In this document: positions 39,596 to 48,343 of the stretch, piece by piece | How the letters are laid out: every line of letters begins with the position of its first letter | Numbering within the stretch: position 1 is the first letter of the stretch | Source: Patescibacteria group bacterium | Lineage (GTDB): Bacteria > Patescibacteriota > Microgenomatia > UBA1400 > PJMF01 | Direction: 5' to 3' | Length of the DNA: 64,000 nucleotides | Assembly (NCBI GenBank): GCA_049322575.1 | Contig: JBMORQ010000003.1 | Location: 17,719-81,718, forward strand | The notes under the pieces: generated by a model | Databases searched by the model: none | Seen by the model: the letters and a program-made list of their open reading frames with translations, nothing else | What the model was told of the DNA's origin: nothing | Made by a program: the position numbers and the translations under genes

Positions 39596-40408
39596 TTACG
39601 GAGTCCAGGTAGAGCACTCGAAATTTTCGTTGTGTCTTGATTGAACTGCGTAGAAAGTGATGTCACCAACGACATCGTCTCCCTGAGCGACGTTATTTGT
39701 TGCAACACCGCTACAAGTGAAACCACCGTTGACAGCATCGACAGTCATGGTACCGAAGCACCAAGCCTGACCCAAATACTCAGCTCCAGGAGCTGGAGTA
39801 AATGGAGTTCCAACTGTACCTCCAAAAACGTGGGTAGTAGAGTCAACCAAATCGAAGGTTTGACCACCATTACCAGCACCTTGAGGTAAGTTGTTGAGGG
39901 TGGTTGGAGGCATAACGACTGACTCGCCTGCTTCGTAAACACCATCCCCATCGTCGTTCCAGAAGAAGAAGTTCAACTGGTCATCGAGCTCACCATTCCA
40001 GTCTCCTGCAGTGGTGTCTTCATCAGCTGACTCGGCGTCGTTAACGGCGTCGTCGTCTGATGCGGTTAATTCGATGTTAGAACAAACCCATGAAGGATTG
40101 TCGCTAACTTGCAAGGTTGCGTAACCGTAGCCGGAATCACCTGGTTTGACATCATCAAAATTAAAGAAAATTTGAGATGCTGTCAAATCTTGGACTCCCC
40201 AAGTTCCAGCTGTGTCAGCGACATAGCCAGCACCTTGGTCAACCCAAGCTTGGTGACCAACTTCTAAATCAATCTGTCCAGCGACGAACGTATTGTTAGC
40301 TGAAACTTCGGTATCATCGAAGTAAGCCAGAGTACCAGCAGAAACGCCGGCCACGACTACACCTAACAAAACTGCGCTTGATAAGATTTTCTTCATTGCA
40401 CTATTCAC
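39596..40408 (-). CDS. TasA/camelysin-family secreted fibre subunit with a SipW-cognate signal peptide
   Basis: 'KKILSSAVLLGVVVAGVSAGTLAYFDDTEVSANNTFVAGQIDLEVG' is the SipW-cognate class signal plus mature N-terminus. 'FDDVKPGDSGYGYATLQVSDN' is a TasA block. A GGGGG RBS lies upstream of the ATG at 40408. Confidence 0.7.
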   Translation of the reverse strand: MNSAMKKILSSAVLLGVVVAGVSAGTLAYFDDTEVSANNTFVAGQIDLEVGHQAWVDQGAGYVADTAGTWGVQDLTASQIFFNFDDVKPGDSGYGYATLQVSDNPSWVCSNIELTASDDDAVNDAESADEDTTAGDWNGELDDQLNFFFWNDDGDGVYEAGESVVMPPTTLNNLPQGAGNGGQTFDLVDSTTHVFGGTVGTPFTPAPGAEYLGQAWCFGTMTVDAVNGGFTCSGVATNNVAQGDDVVGDITFYAVQSRHNENFECSTWTP

Positions 40409-40838
40409 CCCCTTCCCAAGAAGAGTTATTTTTAAGTCAAAACTTAAACAAAAAACTCCGCCCTTCGAAAACGAAGTTAGCTACATCACTCCTAATTAAA
40501 GAAGTGCTGGGCAGGCAGAGTCCTTGTAAAGTCTTTCGTGCACTAAGTATTACGTGTTTTTTTTTGCTTTGTCAATTAGTGGGTTTGAGTAATTAATATT
40601 TTTTGCCAAGTGAGTCAAAATAGCAAAAAGGCATGATAGATAGGCGTGAGAATCCGATGAGATTTTTATAAGTTTTTTTCTGAGTTTCTGCACTTATGAG
40701 TAAATTATTTAACACAACACTAAAGCCATAGAAGTCTTGTGCGTGAAAAAATGGCAATGACGATTTTGATTTTTATATGATCTTAAAAAACTGCAAAAAC
40801 TCTTTTGTTCAAAAATCCAAAGTCTGAAAAATCCCGAG

Positions 40839-40867
40839 TTGAGCAAAAGCTAACATAACGCTATAAT
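40839..40867 (+). promoter_or_regulatory. Consensus-like sigma70 promoter (TTGAGC, 17 bp spacer, TATAAT) about 55 nt upstream of tRNA-Glu
   Basis: -35 TTGAGC at 40839-40844, a 17-nt spacer, -10 TATAAT at 40862-40867. Confidence 0.55.
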
Positions 40868-40924
40868 CTTGGGGCTCTTTATATAATAGTACAATTAAGT
40901 TTTTTAAGCCAAGACAGCAAACTT

Positions 40925-40996
40925 GGCCCCATCGTCTAGCGGCTAGGACATCGGGTTCTCATCCCGGTAACTGGGGTTCGATTCCCCATGGGGTCA
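40925..40996 (+). tRNA. tRNA-Glu (anticodon CUC)
   Basis: The cloverleaf GGCCCCA-TC-GTCTAGCGGCTAGGAC-A-TCGGG-TTCTCAT-CCCGG-TAAC-TGGGG-TTCGATT-CCCCA-TGGGGTC-A has the same architecture as E. coli tRNA-Glu. Confidence 0.75.
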
Positions 40997-41119
40997 CATC
41001 ATAAAAAAAGGATGCTTTACAGCAACTTTTTTATGATTGATACCGACAAATATATTTTTTCACTTCCCATTCACATCTAAATTACCAACTTGTCTGGCTC
41101 ATCGAGCACGAAGGAAAAA

Positions 41120-41380
41120 ATGAAAGTTCAAGTTTTGGGATCGGGCTGCGCCACCTGCAAAAAGCTATATCAGATTGTAAAAGAATCCATCGTAGAAATG
41201 GAGCAAGACCTGGAGCTTGAATATCTCACAGGAAACGAAGGCATAAATCGAATCATCCAACTTGGAGCGATGAACAGTCCAGTGCTAGTAGTGAATAATA
41301 GAATTGCCATGGTCGGTTTTTCACCAGACAAAGAAAAATTAAAAGCAGCCATTAGAAAAGCATTGGAGGAAACAAAATAA
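41120..41380 (+). CDS. Small thioredoxin-fold redox-active disulfide protein (redox_disulf_2-like)
   Basis: 'MKVQVLGSGCATCKKL' N-terminal CxxC with about 80 aa. AAGGAAAAA RBS before the ATG at 41120. Its stop overlaps the permease start. Confidence 0.65.
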   Translation: MKVQVLGSGCATCKKLYQIVKESIVEMEQDLELEYLTGNEGINRIIQLGAMNSPVLVVNNRIAMVGFSPDKEKLKAAIRKALEETK

Positions 41381-42357
41381 TGGATGTTTTTGCACCTCTT
41401 CAGGTTTTAGCTGATCGGGTAACTTACAACTTTCTAGGCATCACCCATGATAGTTATTTAGCCGGAGTAGTGAACTTCTGGATTTATGACGTAATTAAAA
41501 TCAGTCTACTGTTGATTGTCATCAACTATTTTATGGCGATCACACGGTATTATTTTCCAGTTGAAAAGGTTAGAGATTTGTTAGCAGAAAAAAAGTGGTA
41601 CGGAGTCAACTACTTTTTGGCAGCTTTACTGGGAGTTGTAACTCCTTTTTGTTCTTGTTCATCTATACCCTTGTTTGTTGGTTTTCTGTCTGCAGGTATA
41701 CCTTTGGGTGTTACCTTTGCTTTTCTGATTAGCTCGCCGCTAATAAACGAGTCATCGCTTTTTTTATTTCCCAGTGTTTTTGGAGTGAGAGCTACAGTTT
41801 TGTACAATCTTTTTGGCTTAGTTGTCGCCATGCTGGGCGGTTTTCTTATTCAGAAACTCAAGCTTGAAAAATATCTTCAACCCAATGTTTTGGTGTTCAC
41901 TGGCAAAAAACAATTACTTGAAAAGTATCAAGGCAAAAGCATTCCTTTTGCTGAAAAAATTAAGCTATGGACAAACGAAATGTGGCAGATTACAAAAAAG
42001 ATCTATCCGTACGTCTTAATTGGAGTAACACTCGGTGCCCTCATCCACGGTCTTATGCCAGAATCGATTATCAGCGACACTTTATCAATATCATCAGGAT
42101 GGAGTGTGCCTTTGGCAGTTGTACTGGGCGTACCTCTTTATGCTAATTCCGTAAGTATCATTCCTATAGTCGAGGCGCTGATAAACAAGGGGGTACCAAT
42201 GGGCACCGCTCTTGCATTTATGACAGCTACAGTTACTTTATCCATTCCAGAAGCACTCATGCTCAAAAAAATACTTAAATGGCAACTTTTAGCTTTCTTT
42301 TTCGGCATAACTATTATAGGTATTATCCTGATGGGTTACTTATTTAACCTTTTATAG
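41380..42357 (+). CDS. ArsP/DUF318-family permease
   Basis: About 8 TM helices with 'TPFCSCSSIPLFVGFL' (the TPFCSCS motif typical of the PF03773 permease family). It is co-transcribed with the small CxxC protein, as is commonly seen for this family. Confidence 0.65.
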   Translation: MDVFAPLQVLADRVTYNFLGITHDSYLAGVVNFWIYDVIKISLLLIVINYFMAITRYYFPVEKVRDLLAEKKWYGVNYFLAALLGVVTPFCSCSSIPLFVGFLSAGIPLGVTFAFLISSPLINESSLFLFPSVFGVRATVLYNLFGLVVAMLGGFLIQKLKLEKYLQPNVLVFTGKKQLLEKYQGKSIPFAEKIKLWTNEMWQITKKIYPYVLIGVTLGALIHGLMPESIISDTLSISSGWSVPLAVVLGVPLYANSVSIIPIVEALINKGVPMGTALAFMTATVTLSIPEALMLKKILKWQLLAFFFGITIIGIILMGYLFNLL

Positions 42358-43692
42358 TGTATTTTCCCTATTCAGAATATTTGCTGCCTTTTCACCTGAG
42401 TCTACCGCTCCCTCCATGGTTGCTAGATACTTCTGCTTTGTATAATCTCCAGCTAGAGTCAAACCAGGGAGAGAGGTCGCTTGAGGAGGCCTAAGTTTTT
42501 CAGATCCTGGGGACAACGAATAGAAATCTGCAGGATGTCGTATCACACGATAGTTTGTCATTGTCTTGAGATTAATGTTGATTTCTTTTGCATCTTCGAG
42601 GGCCTTTTCCAATATTTCTGAGTCTGACAGGTAAATTAGTTCGTCAGCTTTTGCCATAATTGCCGATAAACGTCCGGGTAGGTGTGTAAAAGTTGTTCGG
42701 GCTTGTTCTGCGTAAGAAGCCCACAAGGTATCGGGGCTGAAAACCACTCTGTCTGTGTTGGCAGATGGCTCAGATAACTCAAACTGAACAGTCACAGCTG
42801 GCATAGTTGGCAGAGCAAGTAATTCAGGGAAATGCCTTTTGAGTCCCGGTGTCTGGCGAATAATCGTTTTAGCTCCTGCCAGCGAAGCAGCCAGAATCAC
42901 TTCGTCAGCTACAATCTCTTCATAGCTGAGTCGAACACCTCTGACTTTTTTCCCATCAAAGAGTAGTTGGGTCACTTCACGTTCAGAATCAACTCGTCCC
43001 CCCTGCTTGGTAATGAAGTCAACGATTGGTTCAATCATTACTTCCGTCATACCGCCTCTAAATGCTCCAATCTTCAGTTGATGGATTCGTTTTAGATATG
43101 GTCCTATCGTGCCAAAAAAAACATAACTCGAATAACCCTCAGGAGGTAGAAAAAACAAACCCGTACTGAAGGGAGTTATTATCTTTTTAATGATGTCCTG
43201 ACTTAATCCTTCTCTTGTAGCAAATTCATATATGGAGACTTCGTCTAAAGAAGCAGGTGAAGAAAAGTACTCCTTAAGGCCCTTCACCATAAAATTTGAA
43301 AGAGCAAGTTTCTCGCTCGCTGAGAGAAAATCATTGTTGCCAAGTAATGAGCGTAATGTGTCAACAGGCTGACCTAGCGGAGACAAGGTTAAAATTTGAC
43401 TTGGGCCAGGGTTAGGCAATCTAATTTCAAGCTCATTGACCCATTGAACAACATCATCAACCTGCACCCCAACTTGGTGCAAAAGCCTAGGCAGAATCTC
43501 ATAAAATCCAAGAAAGCGATGTAAACCAGATTCGACAACCATGCCGTCTGCTTCCCATGAAGCAGTACGTCCCCCTATATATGGTTTCGCTTCAACGACA
43601 TGAATAAAAAAACCCTTTTTTATTAAATACACCGCAGCTGAGAGTCCGGCCAAACCCGCCCCAACAATGATTACTTTCTTTCGTCTAGTCAT
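42352..43692 (-). CDS. FAD-dependent oxidoreductase (amine-oxidase / phytoene-desaturase / HpnE-like fold)
   Basis: 'KKVIIVGAGLAGLSAAVYL...VVEAKPYIGGR' dinucleotide-binding motif. Start taken at MTRRKK (43692); the upstream 43 codons in the ORF track are translation of the MITE repeat. Confidence 0.7.
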   Translation of the reverse strand: MTRRKKVIIVGAGLAGLSAAVYLIKKGFFIHVVEAKPYIGGRTASWEADGMVVESGLHRFLGFYEILPRLLHQVGVQVDDVVQWVNELEIRLPNPGPSQILTLSPLGQPVDTLRSLLGNNDFLSASEKLALSNFMVKGLKEYFSSPASLDEVSIYEFATREGLSQDIIKKIITPFSTGLFFLPPEGYSSYVFFGTIGPYLKRIHQLKIGAFRGGMTEVMIEPIVDFITKQGGRVDSEREVTQLLFDGKKVRGVRLSYEEIVADEVILAASLAGAKTIIRQTPGLKRHFPELLALPTMPAVTVQFELSEPSANTDRVVFSPDTLWASYAEQARTTFTHLPGRLSAIMAKADELIYLSDSEILEKALEDAKEININLKTMTNYRVIRHPADFYSLSPGSEKLRPPQATSLPGLTLAGDYTKQKYLATMEGAVDSGEKAANILNRENTL

Positions 43693-43722
43693 AAGGCTAA
43701 CTGCACAACCTATTAATCGAAT

Positions 43723-43887
43723 TAGACTTGTAGCCAAATAAAACTTTGTAGTGAAAAAACTGATTTTTTTGAACGAAAAGGGTTTTTTTGAGTGAAGTAG
43801 TAGCATAGCTACTTCAAGCAAGAAAAAGAACCTTTGCAGTACTTAAAAGCAGTTTTGTAATAAAACTGTTATTTCACTACAAGTCTA
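43723..43887. repeat. MITE-like palindromic repeat, copy B (165 bp)
   Basis: Direct copy of 34352-34516 with about 3 substitutions. It ends 31 bp upstream of the oxidoreductase start codon. Confidence 0.8.
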
Positions 43888-43898
43888 TTTCTTGATAG

Positions 43899-44444
43899 CT
43901 ACTTTTCCCGACTGATATTGATCTCTTCGGCGTTGTGTTGAGTCATAATTTCCTCAATCTCGGCGCTTTTTTTCTGAAGATCTGCTGAACTGCCTTTGCC
44001 CGTTTTCTCAGTTTTTCCAGTGGCGTTCTGCTTTTTTGCCGAATCCATCTTCTCCTCCAAACTCACTGCCACCATTACGTCGCCTTGAATAATCCGATCT
44101 TGATAACGCCTGGCTGACTCTTCCGTCATACCCAAATCAACCAGTCCGCCAACTAAACCGCCTGCTAGGGCGCCAAGAGCTGCACCGGTAATACCCCAGG
44201 CTGCCATAAATGGACCAGCAACCAAGAGTGAGCCAACTCCAGGAATGGCTACAGAGGACAAACCTGCTAACAAACCCACAATTCCTCCGACCGCTCCGCC
44301 AGTCATCACGCCAGAAGTCACCTGGCTGTCTTTCTCATCTCTGGCAATCACCGAAATGTCTTCCCCATAACCTTTTTCGCGTAGCTTTTGCACCACCTCT
44401 TTCGCATCCTGTTTGTCGGTAAAAATTCCTGCTATGTACCTCAT
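43899..44444 (-). CDS. YflT-like general stress protein N-domain fused to a glycine-zipper membrane segment
   Basis: 'MRYIAGIFTDKQDAKEVVQKLREKGYGEDISVIARD' resembles B. subtilis YflT (GSP17M). 'GGAVGGIVGLLAGL...GAALGALAGGLVGGLV' is a glycine-zipper TM region. Confidence 0.5.
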   Translation of the reverse strand: MRYIAGIFTDKQDAKEVVQKLREKGYGEDISVIARDEKDSQVTSGVMTGGAVGGIVGLLAGLSSVAIPGVGSLLVAGPFMAAWGITGAALGALAGGLVGGLVDLGMTEESARRYQDRIIQGDVMVAVSLEEKMDSAKKQNATGKTEKTGKGSSADLQKKSAEIEEIMTQHNAEEINISREK

Positions 44445-44548
44445 CTTATCCTTTCTTCAACCCTTAGGGCTGTTTATTAACCTGCCACCTTGAGCACCTT
44501 GGCTGTTCGGTGGCAGGACATTTATTGATGTTGCTTGTCAGATCGGAA

Positions 44549-44929
44549 TCATGCCGAGCTTTTGCTATCGCCTGTCTCACGTCTTTTTCTCTCTCTGACA
44601 TTAATCTGGTTCACCACATCGGTTACGCCACTACTCCAATATGCATCGGCATACGCTAAGGGCTTTGTTCGAGGATTCCTCACCTCACCCCTAAGCGTGA
44701 CAACTCCATCCTTTACAGAGATCGAGATTTTATCGGCGTCGGAATAGGTAATGCCCGGGTCGGTCCGGATATTGTCATAAACCAGATCTTCAATCTCGTT
44801 GTCATCTAGTACAAAATTATTGTTGTAATCATAAAGGTTGTAATCTGTCCAACCTGTCGGGGCTCCCCACCAGTAACTATCCGTGTCACCATAGTCCCAG
44901 TTTCGCCAGTATCTGATCATTTGTCTCAC
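44549..44929 (-). CDS. BON-domain (OsmY-like) protein
   Basis: 'ISISVKDGVVTLRGEVRNPRTKPLAYADAYWSSGVTDVVNQINV' matches the BON domain pattern. Confidence 0.55.
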   Translation of the reverse strand: MRQMIRYWRNWDYGDTDSYWWGAPTGWTDYNLYDYNNNFVLDDNEIEDLVYDNIRTDPGITYSDADKISISVKDGVVTLRGEVRNPRTKPLAYADAYWSSGVTDVVNQINVRERKRRETGDSKSSA

Positions 44930-45402
44930 CTCCTTTCTATTATTTACTGAGCTGACTGCTATGTTTAACAGTAACTCGCAGCAACCTAAGTAGCTTAACT
45001 AAAGCTTGCTCTTAGTATGCCTGTGTCTTAGAGTGTCAGGTTTATGTGTGTCTTAAAGAAAAGGCGTGTAAAGATCGTGTAAGAGGATTAATCGATGTTT
45101 TTAATAGGCAACCTTGCCGATATTGACTGGCTGCCTAAACGAACTATTTAAAAATCGAATTTTCTAACGAAAAACTGATTTTTGTGAGAGAAGTCATTCT
45201 CGAACGCAGAAATGATAAGGCTACTAAGTTTGATCAAACGACCTTAGTATTAATAAAAAGTAGCTTTGTGCTGCTGCTCTCTACACATCCTTTACATCTG
45301 TTAAAAAGGCCTATATATCGCAAAATATACATATTTAATACACTAAAAATCACTTTGATAGGGTTGATAGATCTGGTAGAGCATGATAGTATCAACAAAC
45401 TT

Positions 45403-48219
45403 ATGACAAAAAAACTACTAACCCTCACTGGATTAGCAATTAGCAGCCTTGTGCTTGCCCCAAAGACCTATGCTGGCAACTTGCCAGGTTTTGTCGTCAA
45501 TCACGACAATGTTGAGGAAACAATCGAAAACGGCGACGGTACTCAACGTACACAGGAAATAATCCCTAGCACCTATTTAGATGCTGCACGAAATAGTGAT
45601 ATCTTATTCGGTCACCAATCTGTCGGTCGTGTCATTTCTTACGGCGATGACAACACCTCAAACGGAGGTTTAGATGACTTGGTGAGCATGTATACCAATG
45701 GTTCACGATATCAGATTAATATGGATGGCAATCAGCCAAATGGCCTCCCCGATACAGTTTCAGCAAACTGGTATGTGACAAATAATGGTGTGGGAGAAGT
45801 ATTAATTGGTGACAATTTTAATCCCGTTTCCAAAATGGAGCACTTTGTCAATCTACTAGCTAGATCAGATATTAATCAAAACGTCAAGCTTGCATTAATG
45901 AAGTTCTGCTACGTTGACTTCACTAATTACACCGCAGCACAGGTCTGGAATGAACTCCCCGTCAACGTGGGTAGTACTACTGTATACGGTTACCGCGGCA
46001 TGATGGAGTATCTGGAAACGACCTATCCCAACATCAATTTCGTTTGGGTCACAGCTCCTCTAACTAGATCTAATCCTATTAGTGGCTATGGCACCAATGC
46101 CAATCGTTATGACTACAACACTCTAGTCAGGAACTACACTGCAGCCAACAATAAGGTTTTGTTTGACATTGCAGATATTGAGTCCCACGATTTATCTGGC
46201 AACTATTGCTATAACGCAACTGAGCGTGAGTATGAGTGTGACGGTACCTTGGCAGAAAACTATGTCAATGGTACTGGTCATCCCAACACTTTAGGCGCTT
46301 CTCGACTATCTAGAGCATTCTGGTGGTTAATGGCACGCGCCTCAGGTTGGAACCCTGGCTCATCGAATTATTCGCCTGTTGCCAGTTTCACCAGTAGCGT
46401 CAACGCTGCCTTGGTCCCTGCCACAGTGAGTTTTGATGCCTCGGCTTCTAATGACCCAGATGGCAATATCGTTAGCTATAGCTGGAACTTTGGTGATGGT
46501 AGCACAGGCTCAGGTGTAACTACCAGCCACACCTACACCCAGGCTGGTACTTACCAAGTCACTCTAACAGTCACCGATAATGCAGGAGCAACCGGCACAG
46601 CTTCAACTACTCTAACCATAAGTAGCGAGAACTCTGGCACTGGCGCTTTTAACGAAATAGCTGGTCAAGTTTCAATCGAAGCCGAACATTATCATTCAAA
46701 CCAAGCAGCTTCCAATGGCTCTTGGTCTGAAACAACCACCGTTGCAGCCTTCTCTGGTGAGTCGTATTTGGTGACCCCAGACAATGGCTTATGGAGAAGC
46801 GAGTATCAACTAAATGACTCTCCAATGGTGAGTTACGAGGTTAATTTTAGCTCTCCAGGTACTTATTACCTCTGGGTTCGCACCAATAATCCAAGCAACA
46901 CCAGTGACTCTCTCTACTTCGGAATCGACGGTAGCAGAGTTGGAGCCATGGAATTAAGTAATCTCAACAACTGGGGATGGAGCAGAACGGTTCGCATGAG
47001 TTCTAGCCCTGCGTCTGTCACCATCGGCTCAGCCGGCACTCATTCCATCAATATTTGGATGAGGGAGGATGGAGCAACCGTTGACAAGGTCATCTTAACC
47101 ACCAATGCCTCCTATGTGCCATCAGGCTCTGGACTAGCCGAGAGCCCACGAGGAGAGGTCAATCAATTGCCAGTGGCATCGGCCACTGCTACCCCAACTT
47201 CAGGAAATATTCCACTTGAAGTTAGCTTTGATGCCTCGGCTTCTAATGACCCAGATGGCAATATCGTTAGCTATAGCTGGAACTTTGGTGATGGTAGCAC
47301 AGGCTCAGGTGTAACTACCAGCCACACCTACACCCAGGCAGGCAGTTTCACTGCCACCTTGACCGTCACCGATAACGACGGTGGCACCGCCAACCACACC
47401 ACTAGCATCACGGTGGTGGATCCAAATGCCAACAATCAGCCAACCGCCAGCTTCACCCAGGACAAAACCAGCGGTGTTGCACCTGTTGAAGTAAACTTTG
47501 ATGGCTCGGCTTCAACTGATTCTGATGGCACAATCACCGACTACTCTTGGAACTTTGGTGATGGCAATACAGGATCTGGCGTCACTACCAGCCACACCTA
47601 CACCCAGGCGGGGTCATATCAAGTCACCTTAACTGTGACTGATGATGACGGGGCAACCGCCACCGCAAATCTCACCATCACCGTGACTGTACCCAACGGC
47701 ACGGGGGCTTTTGTTGAGACGGCTGGCAATGTCTCTATGGAAGCTGAGCATTTCATGAGCAATGCCTCAACGACTATCGGAAGCTGGAATGCAGCCACTG
47801 CTCTTGCTTCTTATACCGGTGAGTCTTACATCACTACTACAGACAGCAATGTCTGGAGAAGCGAGTATCAACTAAATGACTCTCCAATGGTTAGCTATGA
47901 GATCAACTTCAGTACTCCTGGTACATATTACCTCTGGGTTCGTACCAACAATCCAAGCGGCACTAGCGATTCTGTCCACTTTGGTCTTAACAACGCTCGA
48001 GTTGGTACCATGGAACTGAGCAATGTCGGCAGCTGGGGTTGGAGCCGAACCCTTCGTATGAGTTCAAGCCCTGCTTCAATTACGGTGAGCAGTGCTGGCA
48101 CTCACACCTTCAATATCTGGATGAGAGAGGACGGAACCAACGTAGACAAGATTATCTTGACCACTAACGCCTCCTACACTCCAAGCGGTGAAGGAATAGC
48201 CGAGAGCAGCAGACAATAA
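45403..48219 (+). CDS. Large secreted protein: signal peptide, SGNH/GDSL-like hydrolase-like domain, PKD domain, CBM-like beta-sandwich, two PKD domains, and a second CBM-like beta-sandwich
   Basis: Signal 'MTKKLLTLTGLAISSLVLAPKTYAG'. 'ILFGHQSVG' (GDSx-like) and 'NGTGHPNTLG' (block-V-like). Three 'SFDASASNDPDGNIVSYSWNFGDGSTGSGVTTSHTYTQAG' PKD units. Two 'SEYQLNDSPMVSYE...YYLWVRTNNPS...WGWSRT' units of about 170 aa. Confidence 0.8.
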   Translation: MTKKLLTLTGLAISSLVLAPKTYAGNLPGFVVNHDNVEETIENGDGTQRTQEIIPSTYLDAARNSDILFGHQSVGRVISYGDDNTSNGGLDDLVSMYTNGSRYQINMDGNQPNGLPDTVSANWYVTNNGVGEVLIGDNFNPVSKMEHFVNLLARSDINQNVKLALMKFCYVDFTNYTAAQVWNELPVNVGSTTVYGYRGMMEYLETTYPNINFVWVTAPLTRSNPISGYGTNANRYDYNTLVRNYTAANNKVLFDIADIESHDLSGNYCYNATEREYECDGTLAENYVNGTGHPNTLGASRLSRAFWWLMARASGWNPGSSNYSPVASFTSSVNAALVPATVSFDASASNDPDGNIVSYSWNFGDGSTGSGVTTSHTYTQAGTYQVTLTVTDNAGATGTASTTLTISSENSGTGAFNEIAGQVSIEAEHYHSNQAASNGSWSETTTVAAFSGESYLVTPDNGLWRSEYQLNDSPMVSYEVNFSSPGTYYLWVRTNNPSNTSDSLYFGIDGSRVGAMELSNLNNWGWSRTVRMSSSPASVTIGSAGTHSINIWMREDGATVDKVILTTNASYVPSGSGLAESPRGEVNQLPVASATATPTSGNIPLEVSFDASASNDPDGNIVSYSWNFGDGSTGSGVTTSHTYTQAGSFTATLTVTDNDGGTANHTTSITVVDPNANNQPTASFTQDKTSGVAPVEVNFDGSASTDSDGTITDYSWNFGDGNTGSGVTTSHTYTQAGSYQVTLTVTDDDGATATANLTITVTVPNGTGAFVETAGNVSMEAEHFMSNASTTIGSWNAATALASYTGESYITTTDSNVWRSEYQLNDSPMVSYEINFSTPGTYYLWVRTNNPSGTSDSVHFGLNNARVGTMELSNVGSWGWSRTLRMSSSPASITVSSAGTHTFNIWMREDGTNVDKIILTTNASYTPSGEGIAESSRQ
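46432..47339 (+). repeat. Intragenic direct repeats: a 113-bp perfect DNA repeat (46432-46544 and 47227-47339) encoding identical PKD-domain cores. Together with the duplicated CBM-like module (about 46640-47150 and 47700-48210), this indicates recent internal duplication.
   Basis: Identical nucleotide strings 'TTTGATGCCTCGGCTTCTAATGACCCAGATGGCAATATCGTTAGCTATAGCTGG...' are seen at both positions. Confidence 0.75.
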
Positions 48220-48242
48220 TCAAAAAATAAATTGATATTAAA

Positions 48243-48285
48243 CCAGCCTATTGTCGGTTCATAACTGACAGGGCTGGTTTTTTTG
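48243..48285 (+). terminator. Rho-independent terminator after the PKD-protein gene
   Basis: CCAGCC..TGTC / GACAGGGCTGG stem followed by a TTTTTTT run. Confidence 0.65.
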
Positions 48286-48343
48286 TGGCTTTTTCCCATT
48301 TACAAAGCTTTCTTGATCTGGATTAATCCTATAATAATAAGGA

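Noticed and set aside
40997-41045. AT-rich inverted repeat TCATAAAAAA...TTTTTTATGA after tRNA-Glu, as a possible terminator
   Set aside because: The stem is almost pure A:T and a 17-nt loop, so it is a weak hairpin. It might contribute to termination, but it is not convincing enough to call.
45184-45402. 73-codon N-terminal extension of the PKD-protein ORF
   Set aside because: The real start is MTKKLL (45403), which begins a typical signal peptide. The extension has no coding character and contains AT-rich promoter-like sequence.
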